A DNA stretch of 64,000 bases from the NCBI GenBank assembly GCA_965200315.1, contig OZ241362.1:2304001-2368000 (forward strand), given 5' to 3'. Origin of the DNA: Candidatus Latescibacterota bacterium. GTDB taxonomy: Bacteria > Latescibacterota > UBA2968 > UBA8231. This document shows positions 38,238-47,382 of this stretch, piece after piece. Position 1 is the first letter of the stretch. Each line of letters starts with the position of its first letter. The position numbers were made by a program, and so were the translations under genes. The notes beneath the pieces are model-generated. The model was not told where the DNA came from. It saw only the letters and a program-made list of their open reading frames with translations, and ran no database searches.

Positions 38238-40058
38238 ATGTCCACCGCTCAACATCTCAGCCTAAGCGAAGTGCGGCCGCAGATTGATGTCGATCCAGCG
38301 ACCTGCGTCTATCATCGGCTCGCACCGGCCAGCGAATTTGCCGAAGGCCAAGGCCGGCCCTTTACCATTGACGGCATTCACCTCGCCGTCTTTCTCTACG
38401 AAGGGTCCTTCCACGCCGTTGACAATCGCTGCCCGCACATGGGCTACCCCATGTCCAAAGGCAGCATTCGCGACGGAGTGTTAATTTGCCACTGGCACCA
38501 CTGGGAATTCGACCTAAAGACCGGCGGCTGCCTGCTGACTTCGGGCGACGACCTGAAAGCCTTTCCCGTCGAAGTCCGCGACGACGGCTACGCATGGGTC
38601 GGCATCCCACCCGGCGAAAAGGAAGAGGCCCGCCTGCGGCTCGTAGCCCGCGGCAAGCGCGCACTCGAACAGGGGCTCAAGGATCGCAGTTCCTTCCTCA
38701 TCGCCAAAGCGGTCGCCGCGCTGCGCCAGACGGGTGCGACCCCGCAGGAAATCATTCAACAGGGGCTTTATTATGGCGCACACAAAACCAGCGAAGGCTG
38801 GTCGTCGGGCGTCGCCATCCTGACCCTCGCGGCGAACTTATGGGACGACATCGCCGAGGCCGATCAAAATCTCTTTCTCGTCCACGGTTTGACCCAGATT
38901 TCGCGGCGCACCTCGGGCTCGTCGCGCCGCCAGCGCTTCCCCTTTCCCCGCGCCAATGACGACCAAGACTTGACCACCCTCAAGCGCTGGTTTCGCACCT
39001 TTGTCGATCAGCGGCACCACGGCGCGGCCGAGCGCATCTTGCTCACCCTGCACGACCGCGACTGCGGCAAGGAAACCCTCGCGGATTTCGTCTTCACTGC
39101 AGCCACGGACTTCTACTTCACGGGCGACGGGCACACCCTCGACTTTGCCAACAAGATGTTCGAGGGGCTCGACTACGTGGAATGGGGCGGTGCCCACGAA
39201 ATCCTCCGCCCGATCGTCGTCGATCTAGTCAGCCGCACCCGCCACGAAGAGACCTCGCGCTGGGCCGACAGCCTGCCCGTCTTAGAAAGCATCTTCGCAC
39301 GCCTAGACGATATCTGGGAAGACAATCAGCGCAACGAAGCGACCCTCGACATCTCCGAATTCGCCCAAGTCATGCTCGGCGACGCCTTTGAACCCATCCT
39401 CGCCCGCGTCGAAGCGGCCCTGCGCACTGGCGTACCGCCGACTCAGCTCTGCCGCGCCATGACCTATGCCAGCGCATTGCGCACCCTGCGCTTCCACCTC
39501 AAAAACGAGGGCGACTGGCACGATGTGGCCAACATTTACTCCTACGCCCACGCGCTCTACTGCACCTTTCACTACGCCGCCAGCAAAGAGCTGTTGCGCG
39601 CCATCTTCCACGGCGCGGTCTTCCTCACCTACCTGCGCTGGCTCAATATGCCCGCCGCCCGCGTCCCCCAGCACGGGCAAAAGCTCGACGAGCACTTTGT
39701 CTCCAGCGAGGCCATGCTCAAGCACCTCGGCGAACTAGCTGATTTCCAAAAGGTCTTTGAGGCCGAAATCCTCGTCAGCCAGTATCTCGCAGAAGGGCGC
39801 GACGTCGCCAAGCTCCGCCACGCCTTGGCCCACATCATGCTCCGCGAAGATGCCGAGCTGCACATGTTCCAAGTGCTCGAAGCCGCGTTCCGGCACTACG
39901 ACTTGAGCAGCGACCCAGCGGAAAAGCGCGTCCACCTTTTGGCGGCAACCCGCTACATCACCGCGCAAAAGGTGATGAAGAACATCCTCTGGGCCACGGA
40001 AAACGCCGAGCGGCTCCAGCGCGGCGAACTGCTCAGCGAGCGCGAAGACGACGATTGA
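38238..40058 (+). CDS. Rieske [2Fe-2S] (NirD-like) domain fused to an uncharacterised His-containing helical region
   Basis: DNRCPHMG...ICHWHHWEFDL.TG; AGGAGG RBS. Confidence 0.85.
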   Translation: MSTAQHLSLSEVRPQIDVDPATCVYHRLAPASEFAEGQGRPFTIDGIHLAVFLYEGSFHAVDNRCPHMGYPMSKGSIRDGVLICHWHHWEFDLKTGGCLLTSGDDLKAFPVEVRDDGYAWVGIPPGEKEEARLRLVARGKRALEQGLKDRSSFLIAKAVAALRQTGATPQEIIQQGLYYGAHKTSEGWSSGVAILTLAANLWDDIAEADQNLFLVHGLTQISRRTSGSSRRQRFPFPRANDDQDLTTLKRWFRTFVDQRHHGAAERILLTLHDRDCGKETLADFVFTAATDFYFTGDGHTLDFANKMFEGLDYVEWGGAHEILRPIVVDLVSRTRHEETSRWADSLPVLESIFARLDDIWEDNQRNEATLDISEFAQVMLGDAFEPILARVEAALRTGVPPTQLCRAMTYASALRTLRFHLKNEGDWHDVANIYSYAHALYCTFHYAASKELLRAIFHGAVFLTYLRWLNMPAARVPQHGQKLDEHFVSSEAMLKHLGELADFQKVFEAEILVSQYLAEGRDVAKLRHALAHIMLREDAELHMFQVLEAAFRHYDLSSDPAEKRVHLLAATRYITAQKVMKNILWATENAERLQRGELLSEREDDD

Positions 40059-40158
40059 TTTTTTCTGATATGCAACAGCCTCAACTTTTCCCGGACGCTC
40101 CACCCCTCCATTTGGACACTGTAGTAAGCCAGCAATACGCCCGAGGACGAGCATCTAT

Positions 40159-40306
40159 TTAGAAGCAGTTTCATAACTCCGGGTTCGGTTGCTTAGTTGA
40201 ACAAAAAGCGTCGGATCAAGATCATCTTCTCTATGAAAAACGCTCCAGGCGAAGGCACTTGATGACCCTTGAGGCGGCCCGACGCTAGTTATGAAACCGC
40301 TTCTAA
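40159..40306. mobile_element. MITE-like element with 20-bp terminal inverted repeats
   Basis: TTAGAAGCAGTTTCATAACT (40159-40178) versus AGTTATGAAACCGCTTCTAA (40287-40306), 19/20 inverted match. Confidence 0.7.
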
Positions 40307-40457
40307 GGAATCGCGTCGAAAAAACAAAGGACACTCCGTCTCCAATGGCCCAGTCGGCACTAGCGATTATTGGCGAACTCGAACGTCTGCTCGACATGGC
40401 GTAGATACTAAAACGAAGAAGTGCCCCGACAGCTTCCGTCAGGGCACTTCTCAATTT

Positions 40458-40482
40458 CTAGGAGCGCGGGCGTCTCGCCTGC
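40458..40482 (+). repeat. REP-like palindrome, copy 3
   Basis: CTAGGAGC-GCGGGC-GTCTC-GCCTGC. Confidence 0.75.
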
Positions 40483-40629
40483 CTCCTTTACTCCCTAAAC
40501 ACTTGCTTCAAGTGGAACAGATCAGAGAATCGGTCATCCTGTACGAAAAGCGTTTGCCGAACCTTCGCTAAGATCAGCCGAAACCGCTGCTTTTTTGCTT
40601 TGTGGGCTAGTTTGAAAACCAGGAAGGTT

Positions 40630-40644
40630 TGGCACGGTTTTTGC
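40630..40644 (+). promoter_or_regulatory. sigma54 -24/-12 consensus with no downstream + strand gene
   Basis: TGGCACG-GTTT-TTGC is an exact match to TGGCACGNNNNTTGC. Confidence 0.5.
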
Positions 40645-40707
40645 CAAGGAATAACTAGAAAAATTGCCCACTGCTTTGACTTAATCAGTGGGCAGAAGGT
40701 TTGGATT

Positions 40708-40785
40708 CTAACTTCTTTGTTTTTTTGCTGGTGGCTTTGATGGCGGTTTCTTCGGCGGTGGAGCACTAGCTTTTTTTATAGCCAT
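40708..40785 (-). CDS. 25-aa Pro/Lys-rich micropeptide MAIKKASAPPPKKPPSKPPAKKQRS
   Basis: Hand-translated; ATG 14 nt after the SLATT-like stop, preceded by GAGAGG; below the ORF-track cutoff. Confidence 0.55.
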   Translation of the reverse strand: MAIKKASAPPPKKPPSKPPAKKQRS

Positions 40786-40799
40786 TAACCTCTCATTTC

Positions 40800-41282
40800 T
40801 TAGTAAGATTTTTCAGTATATGAGTAGGCTTCTTCTTCTGCTTCTTCGCTGATCCGTTCATGCTTCTTGATTCCAAAAAGGACAGATAATTGAGAAGATG
40901 CTGTTTCTTCATCTCTTAGATAGCGGTATTTCATCCACAAAGAGTCGTTTTCAATAACCTCGTCTTCTAACTCAACCCACAATTCTTTCCACTGGCCTAA
41001 GAGCCTATCACACCGAGTACAGATAACTCTAAGCAAAGCCGCTTTTTCTCCATACCTCATAGTCATATCCCAAACAGTGGCAACAATAACCAAGGGAGCA
41101 AAAACAAAGGTAGCCTCCCTTGGTATTACCTCAAAAATCGCAGAGGCCCCGGCTATATAGGAAAACAAAATAGTTCCCCGAAGACGACGTTCACGAACGT
41201 CGTAGTATTGAGACAACTCATAGTAGTACCTAAAGAGTCGCTCTGCATTATTCAACTGCTTCCAGACTTCATCTCTCAGCAT
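40800..41282 (-). CDS. SLATT-like two-TM protein
   Basis: Helix (RLFRYY..L), two adjacent hydrophobic segments, then A..L.....C..L...W..LW helix; AT-rich; AAGGGG RBS before ATG 41282. Confidence 0.65.
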   Translation of the reverse strand: MLRDEVWKQLNNAERLFRYYYELSQYYDVRERRLRGTILFSYIAGASAIFEVIPREATFVFAPLVIVATVWDMTMRYGEKAALLRVICTRCDRLLGQWKELWVELEDEVIENDSLWMKYRYLRDEETASSQLSVLFGIKKHERISEEAEEEAYSYTEKSY

Positions 41283-41480
41283 AACATCTACCCCTTTTTC
41301 TGTACCTCTTTGGCCGATTTTGGCCGATTCGGTTTTGGCCAAGCCTCGTCAATCACATCTAAGCCTCTTACTTAGGGCAATCACATTATAAATGACAATT
41401 CTCTGACCCGCTTGCGGGACTAAAATACCGCAGGATCCCCTACGCATAATCCACTTACACCAGTTACACTAGTTCGCTAG

Positions 41481-41885
41481 CTACAATTCAAGCACAAAAT
41501 TGGGATCCGCCATGTTCTTTCTGAATTCGGCGAAATCCTTTAGCGGATTTTCTTGAATGATACCGAGAATGCCGTTGAGAGCCGTTTGTAGTTGCTGGTC
41601 GTTACCCGTGTCCACCGCCCGATGCAACAGACTGTAAAACTGTTCCAGTGCTCCCTTGCGCTCTGCGAACCGATGCTCAAAATAAGAAAGGACGACTTCC
41701 TTCTCGTTGTTGAGTTCGGCGACAATCGCGTCGCGCTTGGCCCAGATATACGCTCTCTTTGTCTCCTCCTCTTGGCGCGTCTTTAGGTACCCAACTACCT
41801 CGGTAACGATAGCCAAGGGATTGACAGCACTGACAACTTTGCCGCCGCCCACAATTCCACCGACCTTCCTCAGTACTTGTGACAT
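41481..41885 (-). CDS. Hypothetical alpha-helical protein (134 aa)
   Basis: AGGAG RBS; EEETKR..I, YF..RF.ER, NPL.D; coiled-coil character. Confidence 0.75.
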   Translation of the reverse strand: MSQVLRKVGGIVGGGKVVSAVNPLAIVTEVVGYLKTRQEEETKRAYIWAKRDAIVAELNNEKEVVLSYFEHRFAERKGALEQFYSLLHRAVDTGNDQQLQTALNGILGIIQENPLKDFAEFRKNMADPNFVLEL

Positions 41886-41958
41886 AAGTTGTTCAAACTC
41901 CTAGTTATGTAAGGCGGAATTGGGTCTGCGCTTCGCCTTTTTCTTATCAGATTTCTGC

Positions 41959-42873
41959 TTAGCGGTGGTCTTCTTGGCCATGCTCAAGGGTGATGTTGCC
42001 GTTCTTGTCGACGAAAGTGACATCCAGCAGTTCGCCTAGGGCCTTTGCCGTTTGAGCGACCTTATAAGCGTCTTCAAGGTTTGCCGGAGAGCCGCTTGCA
42101 AGCTGACTTTGAAGTGCTTGATCGATTTCGTCGGTAGCCTTGTACACCTCGTCTACACGGCGCAACACAATTTTGACCACTGCCAGTTGCTGCTCTATCT
42201 GCGCTTCAGCTATGTCCATCTCGGCGATCTTCTCCTCTACCTCTGTCTCGACTTTTTCAGCCTTAGAATCGGCGAAAAAACCTGCCACTAGCACAGCAGG
42301 TCCGACGACGAGTCCACCGAGTACCATAGTACCGGCTGCCACACCGCCGCCGCCCGCCGCAAGCGAGCCACCACCCAACCAAGCAAGTGTCGCACTCTTG
42401 GCCGCCGCGCCGCTAAGGGTCCCTATTGCTGTGCCCGTCGAAGCCGTACCAAGCGTACCAACTAAGCCGTAAACACCTGCTGCTGTTGACACGCCAGCAG
42501 CTCCACTGCTAGTGAGGCCACCGAGCACTTCAGCCGCCTGTACAGACGCGCCTTCCCATTCAGCCAATTTCTGGGGTGTGATCTTAAGTCGCTGCTCCAA
42601 GTCGCGGTCGCGAATCTTCGCCTTCTTTAAAAAGTCCACGGCCCGTCCCAGTGTAGTGAGTGCTTCGAGACGCCGCATTCCGAGGGTGCTGAGCTTCGCA
42701 TCTGCTTTCTTCCGCCGATCCTTATAACGCCGCTCAGTATTTCTGTACTGTCTGAGACGGCGATCGTAGTGTTCTTTTGCGTTTTTGATTCTATCGCTGG
42801 CGCTTATCATAGTTCCGACACCTATGACAGCACTTATAGCAGCACCTATGCCAAGAATGATGGGAAGGGGCAT
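41959..42873 (-). CDS. Coiled-coil protein with long Gly/Ala hydrophobic (glycine-zipper) segment
   Basis: AAGGAG RBS, MPLPIILG, GTASTGTAIGTLSGAAA..ATLAWLGGGSLAAGGGG.A.G..VLGGLV.GPA. Confidence 0.8.
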   Translation of the reverse strand: MPLPIILGIGAAISAVIGVGTMISASDRIKNAKEHYDRRLRQYRNTERRYKDRRKKADAKLSTLGMRRLEALTTLGRAVDFLKKAKIRDRDLEQRLKITPQKLAEWEGASVQAAEVLGGLTSSGAAGVSTAAGVYGLVGTLGTASTGTAIGTLSGAAAKSATLAWLGGGSLAAGGGGVAAGTMVLGGLVVGPAVLVAGFFADSKAEKVETEVEEKIAEMDIAEAQIEQQLAVVKIVLRRVDEVYKATDEIDQALQSQLASGSPANLEDAYKVAQTAKALGELLDVTFVDKNGNITLEHGQEDHR

Positions 42874-42915
42874 GAGAACGGCTCCTTGTAAAATGAGTGA
42901 AAGGGGATAATTCGC

Positions 42916-43024
42916 AGTTGCTATTGGCAAATGCGCCGCAATAGTATAGCCATCGAAGAGCAATACGCCAAGCCCTTTGCCGAGCAAGTTGCTATTGGCA
43001 AATGCGCCGCAATAGTATAGCCAT
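42916..43024. repeat. Two exact 38-bp repeats separated by 33 bp (tandem promoter/operator or CRISPR-like mini-array)
   Basis: AGTTGCTATTGGCAAATGCGCCGCAATAGTATAGCCAT at 42916-42953 and 42987-43024; internal CTATTG/CAATAG palindrome. Confidence 0.9.
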
Positions 43025-43273
43025 AGCGCGAGGCCATGCAAAGATCATTAACAGATGTTGTGCATCTACCCTACATCAATAGGAGCCAACCTGCTACAAG
43101 ATATTGCATACAGACCAAACATGGTGTCGGCGCAGATTTTCCGTCACATTATTCCAAAAGGCCGTCTCATGCAGCCAAAACGGGTTCCCTATTATCAAAA
43201 AGGGCGGCGCAATAACAGGACGCTTGTCCTTGATTTCTTTCATGCTCTTTCTCCTGTCCAGTTCTATCGGCCA

Positions 43274-43462
43274 TTAGGGTGTATTCCTTTGGACCATCTC
43301 TTCTGTTTGCTGCCTAATCTCTGCGGCCCGGTGATATTTTTTGGCCGCCTCCGGGTCAGCAAAATGCTTCTTGGATAGCCTGACAACCTTCCGCGCTTGA
43401 AACGGATTGAAGGCGACCTTTACCTGCCTATTGCAGCTTGCATAGACCATGAATGGATTCAT
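43274..43462 (-). CDS. Small hypothetical protein
   Basis: Strong RBS (AGGAAGGGAG) before ATG; no recognisable motif. Confidence 0.4.
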   Translation of the reverse strand: MNPFMVYASCNRQVKVAFNPFQARKVVRLSKKHFADPEAAKKYHRAAEIRQQTEEMVQRNTP

Positions 43463-43527
43463 AATAATCACTCCCTTCCTAGGGGAGAGAGTCAGTCGGT
43501 TGAATTAACAGGTGCTACCGCCCCGGT

Positions 43528-46500
43528 CTAACGTTTTGCCACCCACAGCTTCCACTCCTCGACCGCGCAGTAAAGCACCGGCACAACCGGCGCGGTCAGC
43601 ACCACCGCCATCATGCCGCCGAAGGTGGGAATGGCCATCGGCAGCATGAGGTCTGCGCCGCGTCCACTTGCCGTCAGCACCGGGACCAGCGCCAAGATCG
43701 TGGTGGCCGCGGTCATCAGGCAGGGGCGGATGCGCCGCACCCCAGCGGCGAGCGCGGCGCGGCGCATCGCCTCGACGGTCGCTGGCTTTTGCTCGCGGAA
43801 GATTTGGCGCAAGTACGTCGCCACGATCACGCCGTTGTCCGAGGCAATGCCAAACAGCGCGAGAAAACCCACCCACACCGCCACGCTCAAGTTCAGCGGA
43901 CGGACGTGGAAGAGGTCGCGCATCTGTGTGTCGAAGACGGAGAAATCCAAAAACCATTCCTGCCCGTAGAGCCACAGCATGGCAAAGCCACCGGCCCAAG
44001 CCACCGCAACCCCAGAAAAGACCATCAGCGCTGTGCCGGCGTTGCCAAATTGGAAATAGAGGATGAGGAAAATAATCGCCAGCGCGAGCGGCAGCAGCAC
44101 GTTGAGCTTCTTCTGCGCTCGCAGTTGATTTTCATAGCTGCCGGCGAAGGTGTAGCTGACGCCAGTCTCCAGCACTAAATCGCCATTGGCCCTTTTACTG
44201 GCCAAATAATATCGACACGCTTCCACCACATCGACTTCCGCGTACCCCGGCTTCTTGTCAAAGAGCACGTAGCCTAGCAAAAACGTATCTTCGCTCTTGA
44301 TGACTTGGGGGCCGCGCACGTAGCGAATCTCGGCCAATTCGCCCAAGGGTATCTGCGCTCCGTCCGGTGCTGGCACCAGAATGCGCACTAGGTCCTCGAC
44401 GCTGTCGCGCAACTCGCGCATGTAGCGCACCCGCACGGGATAGCGCTCGCGCCCTTCCACCGTAGTAGTGACCAGCTTGCCCCCGATGGCGATCTCAATT
44501 ACGTCCTGCACCTTTTGCAGGGCGATGCCGTGGCGGGCAATGGCCTCGCGGTCGATGTGGATCTCCAAGTAGGGCTTACCGACGATGCGGTCGGCGTTGA
44601 CGGTCGCCGGCTCGACCAAGGGCACTTTCTTGAGCAAGCGCTCTATCTCCAAGCCGGCGCGCTCGATGGCCTCCAAACTCGGGCCTTTGATCTCAATGCC
44701 CATGGGCGCGCGCATCCCGCTCTGCAACATGACGAGCCGGGCGGCAATCGGCTGCAACTTCGGTGCCGAGGTTGAGCCGGGAATCTGGCCGGCCCGAGCG
44801 ATCTCCGCCCATATATCGTCGGGGCTCTGTATCCCCGGCCAAGCGGCGCGTCCCGGATTGAGCGCGGGCTCCAAGGGCGGACGCCACAAGCGAAAAGGAC
44901 GCCCGCTGGCGTCGGGCACGAGGCGACCAGTCTCATCGCGAATATAGCGGCCCGGCACCTTGTAGGGTGCGCCATCGGGGGCGGACGCAGGCGTGCCATC
45001 GGACGCACGGAACAGGTCCGTGGCGTGCTCGTCAAAAGCGAACAATCGGCGGCGACCATCCACGTCAGTGAGGTATTCCGCACGATAGTTGATCACAGTC
45101 TCAATCATGGAAATCGGCGCGGGGTCCAGCGGCGACTCCGCCCGTCCCAACTTCCCCACGGCGGACGCCACTTCTGGTATCTGCGAAATGGCCGCGTTTT
45201 GCTTCTGCAGGACGTCGAGCACCTCGCCGATGGATGCGTGCGGCATGGTCGTCGGCATCCACAGGAAGGAGCCTTCGTCGAGAGGCGGCATAAACTCCTT
45301 GCCCAACCCGGGCAGGGCCTCGGCGAGAGCGGCAAAAGGCGCTGAATGACGCAAGGCAGGCGGCACAAAGCCAAAGACGCGGGCAAAACCCAGCCACGCA
45401 GACGCGCCCGCCAGCAGCAGCAACAAGGGGAACAACAGGGCCAAGCCCTTGTGATCCAGACACCACCGGAGTACGCGGGGGAATGCGCCTTGCAAGGCGC
45501 GAAAAAGCGCCAACAGGCCGCCGATCAATCCGGCGACGAAGAGAAAATTGCGCCATCCGCCCTTTTCCGGTCCCAAGGGCAACCAATGTTCCGCTAGCAC
45601 GGCAACGACCCCGATAGCCGCGGCGGCTATAACACCCCGAGCCACCCACAAGCGCACCCGCTCAGGTACGCGGGCGGCGAGCAGGTGATACGCTCCAATA
45701 GCTATCAGCAGCAGACCAACCCACCACGACAGCGCGAGGGCCACTCCAAGACCACAGGCCGCCCAAAGACCAGGTGCCCAACTCCCCAGTCGCGTACCAA
45801 ACGCGCAGTGCGCCAAGGCCGGCAAAGCCGTCAGTGACAGCCACACCGCGGCCAACAGCGCGAAGGTCTTGGTAAAAGCCAGTGGCGCAAAGAGTTTGCC
45901 CTCGGCCCCTTGCATGGCGAAGACGGGCAAAAAGCCCACCACTGTGGTGAGCACGGCCGTCAGCACGGCACCGCCGACCTCGCGCGTGGCGCGGAAGACC
46001 ACCTCCAAACGGTCGTCCTCTGCGTCTGCATCCTCTAGGTGCTTGAGGATGTTCTCGCTGATGACGATGCCCATATCGACCATGGTGCCGATGGCGATGG
46101 CAATGCCGGAGAGGGCGACTATGTTGGCGTCAATGCCAAAGACCTTCATCGCGGCGAAGCAGGCGAGCACAGCGAGCGGCAACAGCCCAGAGACCAGCAT
46201 GGCTCCCCGTAGGTTCAGCACCAGCGCCAGCACCACGATCACCGTTACCAGCACCTCCTCGCTCAGGGCACGCTCCAACGTGCCCAGCGTCTCCTCAATC
46301 AATCCGGAGCGGTCGTAAAAAGGGATCACCTGCACTTGGCTGACCCGCCCGTCGAGCAAGGTTTTCTTGGGCAGGCTCGGGGCGATTTCCGCGACCTTGG
46401 CCTTGACGCTTTCAATGGCGGCTAGCGGATTAGCACCGAAGCGCGCCACAACCACGCCGCCGACCACCTCTGCACCTTCCTTGTCCAACGCGCCGCGCCG

Positions 46501-47382
46501 CAACGCCGGCCCTAGCGCGACCCGCGCGACGTTCTTGACGTAAATCGGAACGTTGTCCCGCGCCTTAATGACGGCATTTTCAAGGTCGGCCAAGCCTTTG
46601 ACAAAGCCGATGCCGCGAATGACGTACTCGGCTCGATTCAGCTCTACGGTGCGCGCGCCCACGTCCCGGTTGGACATGCGCACCGCGTGGAAGACCTCGT
46701 CGAGCCGCACCCCATAGGCGCGCAGTGCGTCTGGGTTGACATCGATTTGGTATTCCTGCACGAAGCCGCCCACAGACGCCACCTCGCTGATGCCGTCGGC
46801 CGCTAACAGGGCATAGCGCACCTGCCAGTCCTGAATGCGGCGCAACTCGTGCAAATCCCAGCCGCCGGTGGGCGCACCCTGTTCGTCGCGGCCTTCCAGT
46901 GTGTACCAGAACACTTGCCCCAAGGCCGTTGCGTCCGGCCCCAAGGCCGGCTGGACGCCCTCGGGCAAAAGGCCGGCCGGTAGGCTGTTGAGCTTTTCGA
47001 GAATGCGGGAGCGCGACCAGTAGAAATCGACTTCTTCGGCAAAAATTACATAGATGCTCGAAAAGCCGAACATCGAGGAACTGCGGATCGTCTCGACGCC
47101 CGGCACACCCAAAAGGGCCGTAGTCAGCGGATAGGTCACCTGATCTTCCACGTCTTGCGGCGAGCGGCCCGGCCATTCGCTGAAGACGATCTGCTGGTTT
47201 TCGCCAATGTCTGGGATCGCATCTACAGGCACGGGGTCACGCGGCAGCCACTCCAATTCCCAAGCAAAGGGGGCGACCGCAAGGCCCCAACCCACGAGGC
47301 CGACCAACATGAGCGCGACGACCAGCTTGCGCGTGAGAAAGAAGCGCACCAAGCGGGTGAGCAGCGAATTTTGTCCTTCCAT
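43528..47382 (-). CDS. cusA: CusA/CzcA heavy-metal efflux RND permease (long form)
   Basis: VDAIPDIGENQQIV, GPDATALG, AIAIGTMVD, EFMPPLDEG, GRAESPLDPAP.SM.ET, RIRPCLMT. Confidence 0.93.
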   Translation of the reverse strand: MEGQNSLLTRLVRFFLTRKLVVALMLVGLVGWGLAVAPFAWELEWLPRDPVPVDAIPDIGENQQIVFSEWPGRSPQDVEDQVTYPLTTALLGVPGVETIRSSSMFGFSSIYVIFAEEVDFYWSRSRILEKLNSLPAGLLPEGVQPALGPDATALGQVFWYTLEGRDEQGAPTGGWDLHELRRIQDWQVRYALLAADGISEVASVGGFVQEYQIDVNPDALRAYGVRLDEVFHAVRMSNRDVGARTVELNRAEYVIRGIGFVKGLADLENAVIKARDNVPIYVKNVARVALGPALRRGALDKEGAEVVGGVVVARFGANPLAAIESVKAKVAEIAPSLPKKTLLDGRVSQVQVIPFYDRSGLIEETLGTLERALSEEVLVTVIVVLALVLNLRGAMLVSGLLPLAVLACFAAMKVFGIDANIVALSGIAIAIGTMVDMGIVISENILKHLEDADAEDDRLEVVFRATREVGGAVLTAVLTTVVGFLPVFAMQGAEGKLFAPLAFTKTFALLAAVWLSLTALPALAHCAFGTRLGSWAPGLWAACGLGVALALSWWVGLLLIAIGAYHLLAARVPERVRLWVARGVIAAAAIGVVAVLAEHWLPLGPEKGGWRNFLFVAGLIGGLLALFRALQGAFPRVLRWCLDHKGLALLFPLLLLLAGASAWLGFARVFGFVPPALRHSAPFAALAEALPGLGKEFMPPLDEGSFLWMPTTMPHASIGEVLDVLQKQNAAISQIPEVASAVGKLGRAESPLDPAPISMIETVINYRAEYLTDVDGRRRLFAFDEHATDLFRASDGTPASAPDGAPYKVPGRYIRDETGRLVPDASGRPFRLWRPPLEPALNPGRAAWPGIQSPDDIWAEIARAGQIPGSTSAPKLQPIAARLVMLQSGMRAPMGIEIKGPSLEAIERAGLEIERLLKKVPLVEPATVNADRIVGKPYLEIHIDREAIARHGIALQKVQDVIEIAIGGKLVTTTVEGRERYPVRVRYMRELRDSVEDLVRILVPAPDGAQIPLGELAEIRYVRGPQVIKSEDTFLLGYVLFDKKPGYAEVDVVEACRYYLASKRANGDLVLETGVSYTFAGSYENQLRAQKKLNVLLPLALAIIFLILYFQFGNAGTALMVFSGVAVAWAGGFAMLWLYGQEWFLDFSVFDTQMRDLFHVRPLNLSVAVWVGFLALFGIASDNGVIVATYLRQIFREQKPATVEAMRRAALAAGVRRIRPCLMTAATTILALVPVLTASGRGADLMLPMAIPTFGGMMAVVLTAPVVPVLYCAVEEWKLWVAKR

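Noticed and set aside
40155-40571. Two opposing ~100-aa ORFs sharing SYETASK
   Set aside because: Artefact of the MITE terminal inverted repeats.
42916-43090. Bona fide CRISPR array with a third degenerate repeat near 43057
   Set aside because: The third unit shares only GTTG, CAATAG and AGCCA with altered spacing; kept as a two-repeat element of uncertain nature.
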